A stretch of 64,000 nucleotides of DNA from an uncultured Nitrososphaerota archaeon. Lineage in GTDB: Archaea > Thermoproteota > EX4484-205 > JAAOZO01. Under the pieces are notes generated by a model. The model was given only the letters and a program-made list of their open reading frames with translations, searched no databases and was not told the origin of the DNA. The position numbers and the translations under genes are program-made. This document shows positions 29,199-39,486 of the stretch, piece after piece; within the stretch, counting starts at the first letter, position 1; each line of letters starts with the position of its first letter. The stretch spans positions 1-64,000 of the forward strand of contig CAYOYV010000003.1 of assembly GCA_964408285.1 (NCBI GenBank), given 5' to 3'.

Positions 29199-29720
29199 TT
29201 ATTCGTAGTATTTCGGATTCAAGAATCTGGACAGAGCGCAGACGATACTTGATTCAGTGGCCTTGGTTCTCGTAATCATGTTATTAGTGAGGATTCCAAC
29301 GACTCCTCTTTGTTGCTTGAGGTTGGTCTGTCCGGTTATTTCATCCATTAGAGGTCCGAGTTCCTTTCCACCCCTTACCTGCAGCGCCAAGCGTTCAGGC
29401 AATAACATTCTAATGCCAGATCCTATGCCGACGTTACCACTGGAATCAACTACCGCTGCCCAGCCAGATAGGAACATCCCGAATTCGTTTTCTACAATGC
29501 AGCCCTCTATCCCTATGCCGATGTCAGAACCTGTTTTCTCCCTGGAAGCATTCGCTCGGTTCAAAGCTCCCCTGATAGCCTCCTCATCAGACCTTGGTTG
29601 GTCGCTAACATTCGAAGATACATCGATCGCTATGAAGTCCGCGCCCTTCCATACGATCGAGGTGACATTCCTGGCTGCTTCTATTTTTATAGGATTCCTG
29701 GAGCCCAATGCGATCTTCAT
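29199..29720 (-). CDS. yjjX: Inosine/xanthosine triphosphatase
   Basis: GSRNPIKI, SNVSDQP, GALNRA, GIGIEG, ELGPLMD, GVVGILT...TR. Confidence 0.9.
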   Translation of the reverse strand: MKIALGSRNPIKIEAARNVTSIVWKGADFIAIDVSSNVSDQPRSDEEAIRGALNRANASREKTGSDIGIGIEGCIVENEFGMFLSGWAAVVDSSGNVGIGSGIRMLLPERLALQVRGGKELGPLMDEITGQTNLKQQRGVVGILTNNMITRTKATESSIVCALSRFLNPKYYE

Positions 29721-29931
29721 TTGATTTTGATTGGGAGTGGAAATATATCAGTCTTGGTCAGGAATAATCAATCCTACCCAATGCACTGGCAGATATGATA
29801 GTGTGAACTTCATAGCACGGTCAATGGCAAGAGCGTAAGGAGAAACAGCAGTTGGAAATCTTGAACGCTTATATGTAGAATACAGATCTCCCGAGATGCA
29901 AGGGGAATCCGGGCGATGAGGGGTTTGATAA

Positions 29932-31182
29932 ATGAAGATAGGTTATGCGAAACGTGATGTGACCCCCCCAATCGGTGTGAGACTGGGAGGCTATGGCCAC
30001 AGGATGGGAAAGCCTTCTGAGATGGTTCACGATCCCTTGTTCGCAAGCGCCTTGCTGATCGAATCGTCCGGAGATTCACTGCTGTTCCTTCACGGGGATG
30101 TCCTTGGGGTTTACAAGGACTTCGCTGATAGTGTAAAGAGGAGAATTCATTCTGGAATCGGCATTGAGCCAGGCAGGATTTTCTTTACTACGACGCATAC
30201 CCACTCAGGTCCTGAGACCATAGTGCCAATGTGGCCTAACACATTTCCGTATGATGAACAAGAAGCCAGGATCCTGAGCGACTGGGAGGCTGCATTCGCT
30301 GAGGCGATTGTCGAGGCCTCTGTTGAGGCCAATGAGCGCGCCTTGGGCGGTTCGATCAGCTTAGGTACATCGAGAGCTCCCGATCTCACTCTCAATCGGA
30401 CATACAAGAACAACGTGATCGATGATCAGATACCGTTCATGATTCTGAGCAATGGCGTCCAGAAGGTCATAGTCGCGAACTACTGCTGCCATCCAGTATG
30501 CAACACGGATTCAGGAATATCGTCGGACTATCCTGGCGCGCTTTATGCAGAATTGGACAAGTTGGGATTCAACTGCTTCTTCACCACAGGACCTGCGGGT
30601 GATGTTGATCCGCTAGGGAAGGGAAGGGAATTCATCGCCAATATGGGTTCGCAGCTCTGTTCCGCCATAGTCAGAGAATCCGGCAATACGTACAGAGTGA
30701 AAGAAGATGTTATCGGTGCAGAAAGGTCGAAGATCTCCTTGAAGATGAGAAATTCCAAGGGTCTGAGGCAGGCAAGGGCCAGATTCAAGGGAATAATGGA
30801 GGATTGTCAGAAGAAGCCTGATGACGCGAAATGCCTCTCTCGCCTTATATATGCAGACGAAGAATACGAAGTGGCAAAGGACAGGAAAACCTCTGTCCAG
30901 ACCCTGATACAGCTCGCCAAGATAGGCAAGGATATCGTGTTCATCTCGATCCCCGGAGAACTCTTCGTCGAATTTGGCCTGCAGATAAAGGCTCTTGCCA
31001 CGAAAATGGGATATAGATCTACATTCGTTTCTACGTATTCGGAAGACTATGTAGGATACATACCTGACAAGATGGCATTCAAGATACATTCGTATGAAGC
31101 AACCCTGGCGAGATGGAGCAGACTGACACCAGAAGCTGGAAGCTCCATTATGAGGGAACTGACCAATTCATTGAAGCAGTGA
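29932..31182 (+). CDS. Neutral/alkaline ceramidase-like metal amidohydrolase
   Basis: DVTPP.G..LGGY, HDPLFA, THTHSGP, NYCCHP, SSDYPG, GPAGDVDP, IPGELF, GYIP. Confidence 0.82.
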   Translation: MKIGYAKRDVTPPIGVRLGGYGHRMGKPSEMVHDPLFASALLIESSGDSLLFLHGDVLGVYKDFADSVKRRIHSGIGIEPGRIFFTTTHTHSGPETIVPMWPNTFPYDEQEARILSDWEAAFAEAIVEASVEANERALGGSISLGTSRAPDLTLNRTYKNNVIDDQIPFMILSNGVQKVIVANYCCHPVCNTDSGISSDYPGALYAELDKLGFNCFFTTGPAGDVDPLGKGREFIANMGSQLCSAIVRESGNTYRVKEDVIGAERSKISLKMRNSKGLRQARARFKGIMEDCQKKPDDAKCLSRLIYADEEYEVAKDRKTSVQTLIQLAKIGKDIVFISIPGELFVEFGLQIKALATKMGYRSTFVSTYSEDYVGYIPDKMAFKIHSYEATLARWSRLTPEAGSSIMRELTNSLKQ

Positions 31183-31400
31183 GGCTGAATCCAATAACGG
31201 GTAGTCTTTTCCTCGGGCTCCGATGATCATCTCTTATTTCTCGGAAGGGTGAATCGGCCGTGACAACGCCGTTTCGTGCGCACGTCTCGATGATCATATT
31301 GAGGAGGAACTATTGACTCAATCGCGCTATCCCGCTATTCATCGCGCTTACACCCAGAAGGGTCAAACACAACGGAGTCGACGCATAATGGAGTCTCAAA

Positions 31401-31410
31401 TATTTAAATT
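31401..31410 (+). promoter_or_regulatory. TATA box of the ABC exporter operon
   Basis: TATTTAAATT ~30 nt upstream of ATG 31438. Confidence 0.5.
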
Positions 31411-31437
31411 CGCTATCGAATCCGCTCAAAAGAAGCG

Positions 31438-33273
31438 ATGAGCGTAGCTCGGCCGCTACTTGAGTATGTCTCGGATATCAAGACGAAAAAAAGCCTTTCC
31501 GAGACTTATCTAGCCCTCAAGAGATTGGTCTCGCATCACAAGAGGTACTATGCGCTAATAGTTCTGACACTAGTGCTCTGCATAATCAGGTCGTATCTCT
31601 TCACCCTTGAGCCATTGTTTACTTCATACATAATCGATGAAGTGATAATCGGCGGCAGATATGACCTGTTGCAGCAATACCTAGCGGTGATACTCCTCTC
31701 CGGATTGGGTGTCGGCGTGTCCGTTCTCCTGATATCGTATGTACATGGGACATTATCACAAAACATACTAAGGGACATAAGATCTGAATATTATAAGTCA
31801 CTATCTGCGAAGTCATTCGGTTTCTATGATTCTGTAACGGTAGGCGACCTTGTATCCAGAGCAACGATGGATCTTCAAGCAGTAGACGGATTTCTGCGGA
31901 TCTGGCTTAGTACGATCTTTAATGCCTTTTTCTCGATCGTGGCAATATTCTCAGTGATTTATTCGACAAGCCCATCAATGACTCTCGTGTCGATGGCGAC
32001 GATGCCACTTATTTTTTACTTTAACACTCGACTTTTCGTGGAGACTATGCCTCTCTTCAGGAAAATGCAGTTGATCCTTGGTCGTTTGAGCTCGTATATC
32101 CAACAGGATATCGTAGGGATGAAAACCGTTAGGATACTTGGCCTTGAAGAAGATATTGTCCAAGGATTCAAAGAAGTGGAACAGGTCTTTGTGAACACGG
32201 CGATTGCAGCTGGCAGGATACAGTCAATCTATATGCCGCTCTCCTCCACTTTACTGACCTTGGGAATCGCGTTAGTATACGTCTATGCTGGCTATTCTAT
32301 CAGCGCTGGCTATCTAGGCTTGACTATAGGCAGTATCATCCTCTTCGCGAGGTATATGATCAGGCTGACGTTTCCCCTGAGAGATCTGAGCATGATGTTA
32401 GGGGTATGGATCAACGCCTCTGCTGGATTGGAAAGGGTATTTGAAATAATAGACATGCCAAGAATCATCGAAGATTCCCCCGGTGCCTTGGACATCATCA
32501 TGCGGCAGGGGAAGGTAGAATTCGATGGCGTTACATTCGGTTATGAGAAGGACAGGCCCGTGTTGAATGGAGTTTCCTTCCAAGTGAACCCCGGGGAAAG
32601 GATAGCGATTCTTGGGGCCACAGGTTCTGGAAAGAGCACGCTGATGTTTCTTCTGCCAAGGTTCTATGACCCTGACTCTGGAAGCATAAGGATAGATGGG
32701 ACAGACATAAGGCGATTCAAGCTTGCATCTTTAAGAAAACAGATAGGCGTGGTCCTACAGGATGTGTTCCTGTTCTCGGGAACAATCAGGGACAACATAG
32801 CGTTCGGGAATCCCAATGCCTCCCCGGAGCAAATCGTCCAAGTGGCCAAGACGGCCAGAATCCACGACTTCATACAATCCCTCCCTGAGGGATACGATAC
32901 CAAGATAGGAGAACGAGGCGTCACCCTCTCGGGCGGTGAGAGACAAAGACTGACCATAGCAAGAGCCCTTCTCACGAATCCGAGGATCCTCATCATGGAT
33001 GATTCCCTATCGTTCGTCGACTCAAAGACAGAGCAAGAGATCCAGATCGCCATTGAGGAGGCGATGAGGACGCGAACAGCGTTCATCATCGCGCAGCGGC
33101 TCTCGACCGTAAAGAATGCAGACAAGATACTAGTTCTGGACGAAGGCAAGGTGTTGGAATTCGGACCGCACGACGAACTCATTGCAAGGAGGGGCGCATA
33201 CAGGAGGATCTACGAATCGCAATTCATAGCGAAACGGCTCGAAGCAAATCGCGAAGGTGAGAACCTGAGTTGA
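31438..33273 (+). CDS. ABC exporter subunit A (TMD-NBD, MsbA/TM287-like)
   Basis: Six-TM domain, GATGSGKST, LSGGERQR, IMDDS (degenerate catalytic Glu), IAQR (His replaced by Gln). Confidence 0.93.
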   Translation: MSVARPLLEYVSDIKTKKSLSETYLALKRLVSHHKRYYALIVLTLVLCIIRSYLFTLEPLFTSYIIDEVIIGGRYDLLQQYLAVILLSGLGVGVSVLLISYVHGTLSQNILRDIRSEYYKSLSAKSFGFYDSVTVGDLVSRATMDLQAVDGFLRIWLSTIFNAFFSIVAIFSVIYSTSPSMTLVSMATMPLIFYFNTRLFVETMPLFRKMQLILGRLSSYIQQDIVGMKTVRILGLEEDIVQGFKEVEQVFVNTAIAAGRIQSIYMPLSSTLLTLGIALVYVYAGYSISAGYLGLTIGSIILFARYMIRLTFPLRDLSMMLGVWINASAGLERVFEIIDMPRIIEDSPGALDIIMRQGKVEFDGVTFGYEKDRPVLNGVSFQVNPGERIAILGATGSGKSTLMFLLPRFYDPDSGSIRIDGTDIRRFKLASLRKQIGVVLQDVFLFSGTIRDNIAFGNPNASPEQIVQVAKTARIHDFIQSLPEGYDTKIGERGVTLSGGERQRLTIARALLTNPRILIMDDSLSFVDSKTEQEIQIAIEEAMRTRTAFIIAQRLSTVKNADKILVLDEGKVLEFGPHDELIARRGAYRRIYESQFIAKRLEANREGENLS

Positions 33274-34334
33274 TGTCAGGGCCTTGGGGCGCATTCTCTT
33301 CGAGGGAAGAGCAAGAGAAGAAAAGGACCGTTTCAGATAGAGTTCTGATCAGAAGGCTATACGCCTATTCAGAGGAACACAGGAGAAATCTTTGGTTCGG
33401 GGTTCTCGCAATACTCCTAAGCTCCCTGATGGGGCTGGCTTCACCATACATGCACAAAGTGGCGATAGACGAGATAATAGGGCCAGGCAACGTATCTGGT
33501 TTCTTATGGTGGGTCCCCCTGTTCGTCATCGTGGTCGGGGGAAACTACCTAATGCAGTACATTCAGACGTTTCAGATGCGAATAGTCGGAGAGAATGTAG
33601 TGGCGAAAATGAGGGACCGAATGCTGGAGAAATTGCAGATCATCTCACTCAAATACTTCGCTGAAGGAGAGATTGGAAGAATCATATCGAGGCCGATTAA
33701 CGATGCCAACACCATCAGAATCTTTTTGAGGATTGGAGTAACAAGTATTTTGATAGATGCGTCTTCGATCCTAGGTTCATTCGCCATCATGTTCGCTTTG
33801 GACGCGAAACTCGCCTTGTTGGCTCTTGCCACATTGCCAATTGCAATTGGCTTAGTCTGGTTTATGGGGAAATATTCTAGGGCAGCAGCTAGGAAGGCGC
33901 TCAGTACACTGGGCGGCTTGACCGCAAGAATGCAGGAAGACTTGTCAGGAATCAAGGTCATTCAGGCTTTCGTCGAAGAAGAACAGGCCGAGCGTACATT
34001 TGACAAGGCACAGGAGAGCAATATTGCGGCTAACATGAGGGCGATCCTCATATCCTCTTCATATATGCCTCTAGTTGCATCCATGAGACTAATCGGCACC
34101 CTCATAATCCTGTGGTTTGGAACGCTATTAGTCAAAGATGGCGCCCTATCGATAGGAACCCTCGTTGCCTTTACAGAATATCAATTCATGTATTTCATGC
34201 CCTTGATGGATCTCGTGGTAGTATACGATCAATATCAATCCACGATGGCGGCCGTAGAGAGATCGTTCGACCTGATCGACACGAGCGTCGAGGTCAGAGA
34301 GGCACCCCTAGAGAAGAGAGTGGATCTACCATGA
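33270..34334 (+). CDS. ABC exporter subunit B, transmembrane domain (split from its NBD)
   Basis: ABC_membrane features (G.IISR..ND, QEDLSGIKVIQAF, LSIGTLVAF); ends exactly at the TMD-NBD linker. Confidence 0.8.
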   Translation: MMSGPWGAFSSREEQEKKRTVSDRVLIRRLYAYSEEHRRNLWFGVLAILLSSLMGLASPYMHKVAIDEIIGPGNVSGFLWWVPLFVIVVGGNYLMQYIQTFQMRIVGENVVAKMRDRMLEKLQIISLKYFAEGEIGRIISRPINDANTIRIFLRIGVTSILIDASSILGSFAIMFALDAKLALLALATLPIAIGLVWFMGKYSRAAARKALSTLGGLTARMQEDLSGIKVIQAFVEEEQAERTFDKAQESNIAANMRAILISSSYMPLVASMRLIGTLIILWFGTLLVKDGALSIGTLVAFTEYQFMYFMPLMDLVVVYDQYQSTMAAVERSFDLIDTSVEVREAPLEKRVDLP

Positions 34335-35086
34335 TAGATGAGATCAGTTTCCAGAATGTGGACTTTGGATACGACCCAAGAGTCTTGGTTTTGAGGAATA
34401 TTAGCTTCACGTTACCCCATGACAGAAAACTTGCGATTGTCGGCAGAACTGGAGCTGGGAAAAGCACGATTGTGAACCTCCTCGCCAGATTCTACGACCC
34501 GACAGCGGGAAGAATATGCGTCAATGGGCATGATCTTAGGGACATCGCGATTTCATCACTGAGAAAGCGTTTGGGCATAGTTCTTCAGGATTCGTTCCTG
34601 TTTCCCCTTTCCGTCAGGGAAAACATAAGGATTGGAAATCAGGGAGCCTCTGACGAAGAGATAGTTCAAGCAGCAAGATCAGTAGGAGCTCACCAATTCA
34701 TAACGAGATTGCCGCGAGGATATGATTTCATGATACAAGAGAGCTCATCGAATATCTCGATAGGGCAAAGACAGCTTATTAGTTTCGCAAGGACACTCCT
34801 GTCAAATCCAGAGATCTTAGTATTGGATGAAGCCACATCATCAGTGGACCCCTATACTGAATTGGTGATTCAAACGGCGTTGACGAAATTGCTCAAGAAC
34901 AGAATGACATTGATAGTGGCTCACAGACTATCAACCATCAAGCTTTGCGATGAGATCTTGGTGCTGGAGAATGGTCAAATAGTGGAGAAGGGCTCTCATA
35001 ATGACCTCATGGAGAAGGAGGGTCTATACAGCTCCTTCTACAAACTTCAATTCCGAGAAGAAACCGGACTAGAAGGTCATCCTTAG
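34331..35086 (+). CDS. ABC exporter subunit B, nucleotide-binding domain (separate frame)
   Basis: ISFQNVDFGY, GRTGAGKST, ISIGQRQL, VLDEATS, VAHRL; ATG overlaps the TMD stop (ATGA). Confidence 0.8.
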   Translation: MIDEISFQNVDFGYDPRVLVLRNISFTLPHDRKLAIVGRTGAGKSTIVNLLARFYDPTAGRICVNGHDLRDIAISSLRKRLGIVLQDSFLFPLSVRENIRIGNQGASDEEIVQAARSVGAHQFITRLPRGYDFMIQESSSNISIGQRQLISFARTLLSNPEILVLDEATSSVDPYTELVIQTALTKLLKNRMTLIVAHRLSTIKLCDEILVLENGQIVEKGSHNDLMEKEGLYSSFYKLQFREETGLEGHP

Positions 35087-35101
35087 CGGGACCTTCCAAA
35101 G

Positions 35102-35602
35102 TCAGCTCCTCTTCACTGTCAATGTTATGTCATTCCAAGCCTTGACCACAGTCCTCCCGTCCGCAGTCACTCGTAGGCTGATCGGGTATCCGGAGAAGCT
35201 CACTGTGTCTTGAAGACGTCCTTTTACCAAGAATTGCATCGAAGTTGTAGATTGCACTGATTCCAGCACGAACGAGTAGGTGAAATTGGAGCCTTCCTTC
35301 ACCAATGATTCTCCGCCGGGTTTCAAAAATGAAATGGATGGATCTGCGCTGAATGTGAGCTTAACGTTGTGGCTCCTCTTGTCAAGATTCTCAAGCATTA
35401 TCTTCAATGTGGAATTCTGAGCCACGCTTATCTCCGAAGGAGTCACAGAGAACTCGAGGACCTTCACAGATTCACCTGGGTTCTGAGACAGCCACCAGCT
35501 GTAAGCAAGGTACCCGACCATTACCAGAATCATCGCTGCTATCAAGAGCTTCAGCCATGGCGTCCCAGTTTCCTCCTCGGAATCTCCGGATCGGTAGAGC
35601 AT
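35102..35602 (-). CDS. Membrane-anchored protein with an Ig-like extracellular domain
   Basis: N-terminal TM (WLKLLIAAMILVMVGYLAYSWW) followed by a beta-rich region; start uncertain (up to 35692). Confidence 0.55.
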   Translation of the reverse strand: MLYRSGDSEEETGTPWLKLLIAAMILVMVGYLAYSWWLSQNPGESVKVLEFSVTPSEISVAQNSTLKIMLENLDKRSHNVKLTFSADPSISFLKPGGESLVKEGSNFTYSFVLESVQSTTSMQFLVKGRLQDTVSFSGYPISLRVTADGRTVVKAWNDITLTVKRS

Positions 35603-35805
35603 CTTTTGAGGCCGTCCCCCGGTAATTCCGTGAAATGGTGCTTCAGTTAATAAATGCATTAGTGATAATGCAGTGAAGATACAAATGAGCAAGAGTCACA
35701 GATCGTTCTGCTATTTCCCGCACTGCCCTGCGGAAAAGATTATAAGCGACTTTCCAGCCGATTCACGGGATATTCCGATCAAGGCGTTTATTGGAGGTGA
35801 GGCTC

Positions 35806-36420
35806 TTGGCTTCAGAGCGTGATATTCCCGGGGAGGAAGATCGCTCCCGCACTGAGGAGACTTCAATGCCTGAGGATAGAAAGGGCGAAAAAATAGAGAT
35901 TCACGACGATTTGGAAATCGAGGATCTAACGAAAGCAGTCGAGCATGAACGCAAGATGGCAGAGGACTTGAACAAGAAGATCCTCTATCTTCAAGCCGAC
36001 TTCCAGAATTACCGTCGACGAGCAGAGGCTGAGCTCGAAGAGGTCTCATTGTATGGGAGTCAGAATCTAATATATGGGCTATTGAAGGTGGCTGATGAGC
36101 TTGAGCTTGCAGTGAAGGCAGGAGAGGGCTCAAAGGAATCCGGTCCCCTAGTAAAGGGAGTCAAAATGGCTCTCAAGAGATTGGTTGAGTTGCTGCAAAA
36201 CGAGGGGGTTTCGAGGATAGAGGCAATAGGAAAGCAATTTGATCCGAGTGTTCATGAAGCAATAGAAAGTGTTCCAACCGCGGATCTCCCCGAGGGGAGA
36301 GTCGTTGAAGAGATCAGGAGTGGATTCATGTTGAGGGGAAAGGTTATCAGGCCCTCCCTAGTCAAGGTGTCTTGCTTGTTGACTTCGAAAGATTCTAAGA
36401 AAGGTGAATCGAAAGAATGA
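35806..36420 (+). CDS. grpE: Nucleotide exchange factor GrpE
   Basis: [43 protein letters not shown] precedes TTG 35806; alternative ATG at 35866. Confidence 0.95.
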   Translation: MASERDIPGEEDRSRTEETSMPEDRKGEKIEIHDDLEIEDLTKAVEHERKMAEDLNKKILYLQADFQNYRRRAEAELEEVSLYGSQNLIYGLLKVADELELAVKAGEGSKESGPLVKGVKMALKRLVELLQNEGVSRIEAIGKQFDPSVHEAIESVPTADLPEGRVVEEIRSGFMLRGKVIRPSLVKVSCLLTSKDSKKGESKE

Positions 36421-38300
36421 GTGAAGTGAAATTAGAGCCCGGTGAGAAGATCGTTGGAATAGACCTTGGGACGACGAATTCTGCGGCCGCCATTATGGAA
36501 GCGGGAAGGCCTCTCGTTGTGCCTAGCGCAGAAGGGCCAACTGCCGCTGGAAAGATGTTTCCTTCCGTAGTAGCGTTCACAAAGGAGGGAGAGCTTATTG
36601 TTGGAGAACCGGCGAAACGCCAGGCAGTCACAAATCCAGAGGGGACGATCTTCGAGATAAAGAGAAAGATCGGAACCGACTACAAAGTCAAGATCGGGGG
36701 AAAGGACTACACGCCCCAGCAGATTTCCGCCTTCATACTACAGAAGATAAAGCGAGATACTGAGACCTTCTTGGGCAGACCAATCAAGAAGGTTGTAATA
36801 ACGGCTCCGGCCCATTTCAATGACAATCAGAGACAGGCAACAAAGGATGCGGGTGAGATAGCCGGTCTCGAAGTTGTCAGAATAATCAACGAGCCCACTG
36901 CTGCTTGCTTGGCCTACGGTTTGGACAAAGCTGACAAGGAGATGAAGATACTCGTCTTCAGCTTCGGGGGCGGGACTCATGATGTCACCATCATGGACTT
37001 CGGCCAAGGAGTATTCCAGGTAATTGCTACAAGTGGGGATACTCAGACAGGCGGGGCGGACATCGACAACGCGATCGTCGACCTTCTCGTGGATGAATTC
37101 AGAAAGCAAAACGGAATGGATCTGAGAAAAGACAGCATGGCCATGATCAGACTGAAGGAAGCTGCCGAAAAGGCAAAGATAGAGCTTTCCACTCTGACTA
37201 CAACGGACATGGACCTGCCCTTCATAGCCCAAGACGTGAGTGGACCCAAACACTTCCATTACACTCTGACGAGGGCTAAACTCGAGGACTTGGCACTCCC
37301 CATCGTGAGAAGGGTAGAGGGCACGCTGACAAAGGTTATGACTGATGCCAAGTTCGAACCGAACAACGTAGACAAGATAATCCTGATAGGGGGTCAAACC
37401 AGAATGCCCCTCGTAAGGAAGTTCGTCGAAGATATGATGGGAAAACCGGCAGAACGAGGCGTTGATCCAATGGAGTGCGTTGCAGTTGGTGCAGCAGTTC
37501 AGGGGGCTGTTTTGGCCGGCGAAGTAAAGGATCTCGTCCTATTGGATGTCACGCCTCTTTCATTGGGTGTGGAAACGCTTGGAGGAATCGCCACAAGAAT
37601 TCTCGAAAAGAACACTACTATCCCAACGAAGAGGAGCCAGATATTTACAACCGCGGCCGACTTCCAGACATCAGTGACAGTTCATGTGATTCAAGGGGAG
37701 AGGTCCATGGCCGCTGACAATACATCTCTCGGAATGTTCAACCTTGTGGGAATTCCACCCGCTCCGAGAGGAGTCCCTCAGATTGAGGTCACCTTCGACA
37801 TCGACGCAAATGGAATATTGAATGTAGGAGCCAAAGACCTCGCTACTGGGAAGGAGAACAAGATTACGATAACTGCATCAACGAAACTCTCCAATGAGGA
37901 GAAGGAGCGGATGGTGAGGGAGGCCGGGCAATTTGCGGAGCAGGACAAGAAGAAACGCGAGAAGGCAGAGTTGCTCAACAACGCTGATTCCTTGCTCTAT
38001 ACCGCGGAGCGCACCAAAAAGGATCTCGAACAAAAGATAACCACTGAACAAAAAGACAGAATAGACAAAGCCGCAGCCGAGCTTAGGCAAGCCATTGCAG
38101 CGACAGAGATTGATGAGGCTTCTGTGAAAAAGAGCATGGACAGTCTGGCGAAAATACTTCAGGAGGTAGGAACAGCTGCCTATCAACAGGTGCCTAAACA
38201 ACCCCAAGAAACGAAGGAAAAACCCAGCGAATCTGGACAGAAACCGGGCGACGAAAAGGTAGTCGACGCTGATTACAAGGTCGAAGATGAGAAGAAGTAG
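36417..38300 (+). CDS. dnaK: Chaperone DnaK (Hsp70)
   Basis: [55 protein letters not shown]; short form lacking the N-terminal insertion. Confidence 0.98.
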   Translation: MSEVKLEPGEKIVGIDLGTTNSAAAIMEAGRPLVVPSAEGPTAAGKMFPSVVAFTKEGELIVGEPAKRQAVTNPEGTIFEIKRKIGTDYKVKIGGKDYTPQQISAFILQKIKRDTETFLGRPIKKVVITAPAHFNDNQRQATKDAGEIAGLEVVRIINEPTAACLAYGLDKADKEMKILVFSFGGGTHDVTIMDFGQGVFQVIATSGDTQTGGADIDNAIVDLLVDEFRKQNGMDLRKDSMAMIRLKEAAEKAKIELSTLTTTDMDLPFIAQDVSGPKHFHYTLTRAKLEDLALPIVRRVEGTLTKVMTDAKFEPNNVDKIILIGGQTRMPLVRKFVEDMMGKPAERGVDPMECVAVGAAVQGAVLAGEVKDLVLLDVTPLSLGVETLGGIATRILEKNTTIPTKRSQIFTTAADFQTSVTVHVIQGERSMAADNTSLGMFNLVGIPPAPRGVPQIEVTFDIDANGILNVGAKDLATGKENKITITASTKLSNEEKERMVREAGQFAEQDKKKREKAELLNNADSLLYTAERTKKDLEQKITTEQKDRIDKAAAELRQAIAATEIDEASVKKSMDSLAKILQEVGTAAYQQVPKQPQETKEKPSESGQKPGDEKVVDADYKVEDEKK

Positions 38301-38323
38301 AGCACCGGATGTAATGTAGGCAG

Positions 38324-39439
38324 ATGTCAGAGAAGGACTACTACGAGATCCTTGGCGTGGATAGGAATTCGACGAGGGACCAGATCAAGGAGGCATTCCG
38401 AAAGCTCGCGCTGAAGTATCATCCTGACAGGAACAAGTCGCCAGATGCGGAGGAGAAATTCAAGGAGATTTCCGAGGCATATGCTGTTCTCTCTGATGAT
38501 GAGAAACGCTCACAGTATGACTCATTTGGTAGGGCAGGGATAAATCAGCGCTACACGGAGGAGGATATATTCAGAGGGGTGGACTTCGAGGACATCTTCA
38601 GGGGATTTGGATTCACTACCCCGTTTGACGACATCTTTGAAAGACTTTTCGGTGGAACCAGGACAAGGGCGGAGTCAATTCGAGGACGCGACATAGCAGT
38701 GGATCTAGATCTCACGCTCGAGCAGGTTGTCGTGGGTGTGCGGACGGAAATCTCGATACCGAGACTGGAACCCTGCGACGAATGCAGTGGATCTGGCGTT
38801 AGGGCAGGCACACAGCCTAAGGTCTGCACAAAGTGCAACGGAACAGGCCAAATCAGGACAGAGAGAAGAATCGGCTTCGCCCAATTCGTCCAAATCGTTC
38901 CCTGCGATCGATGTAGAGGGAGCGGAAGAATAGCGACTCCATGCCAAGTATGCGGGGGATCGGGCGTAGTTCGTAGGACAAGGAAGATAACAGTGAATGT
39001 TCCGCCAGGTGTGGAGGACGGAATGAGTCTGAGACTCCACGGACAAGGAGATGTGGGCCCCCGGGGAAGGACGCCAGGAGATGCCTATATCAGGGTTCGA
39101 GTAAGGCCTCACCCGATATTCGAAAGAGTTGATAACGACTTAGCATGTCAGCTCCCGATCTCGTTCTCCCAGTCCGCCCTAGGAGTGGAAGTACAAGTGC
39201 CGACCTTGGATGGCGTGGAAACACTGAGGATACCCCCAGGCACACAAGCGGATTCCACATTCACACTGAAAGGAAAAGGGCTTCCGAGGCTGAACGGAAG
39301 AGGAAGAGGGAATCTTCTGGTGAAAGTAAAGGTCAGAACACCCACGAATCTGTCTGATCGCCAGAAATCTCTTATCAGGGAATTGTCGAGTACGATCGAT
39401 CAGCAACCAAAGCCCAACAAGAGAGACGAATGGACCTAA
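38324..39439 (+). CDS. dnaJ: Chaperone DnaJ
   Basis: J-domain HPD, G/F-rich region, four CxxCxGxG repeats. Confidence 0.98.
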   Translation: MSEKDYYEILGVDRNSTRDQIKEAFRKLALKYHPDRNKSPDAEEKFKEISEAYAVLSDDEKRSQYDSFGRAGINQRYTEEDIFRGVDFEDIFRGFGFTTPFDDIFERLFGGTRTRAESIRGRDIAVDLDLTLEQVVVGVRTEISIPRLEPCDECSGSGVRAGTQPKVCTKCNGTGQIRTERRIGFAQFVQIVPCDRCRGSGRIATPCQVCGGSGVVRRTRKITVNVPPGVEDGMSLRLHGQGDVGPRGRTPGDAYIRVRVRPHPIFERVDNDLACQLPISFSQSALGVEVQVPTLDGVETLRIPPGTQADSTFTLKGKGLPRLNGRGRGNLLVKVKVRTPTNLSDRQKSLIRELSSTIDQQPKPNKRDEWT

Positions 39440-39486
39440 GTGTGTGCTGACCAGCACAAGACAGAACCCTTAGTGTCATAAGGTGC

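Noticed and set aside
34112-34330. Upstream extension of the NBD ORF
   Set aside because: Out-of-frame overlap with the TMD coding sequence; NBD similarity starts at 34331.
34332-34337. Sec/Pyl read-through at TGA TAG
   Set aside because: The NBD continues in a different frame, so read-through would not fuse the domains.
36738-37397. 219-aa antisense ORF within dnaK
   Set aside because: Shadow frame of a highly conserved gene; long antisense ORFs opposite dnaK are a known codon-bias effect and it has no motifs.
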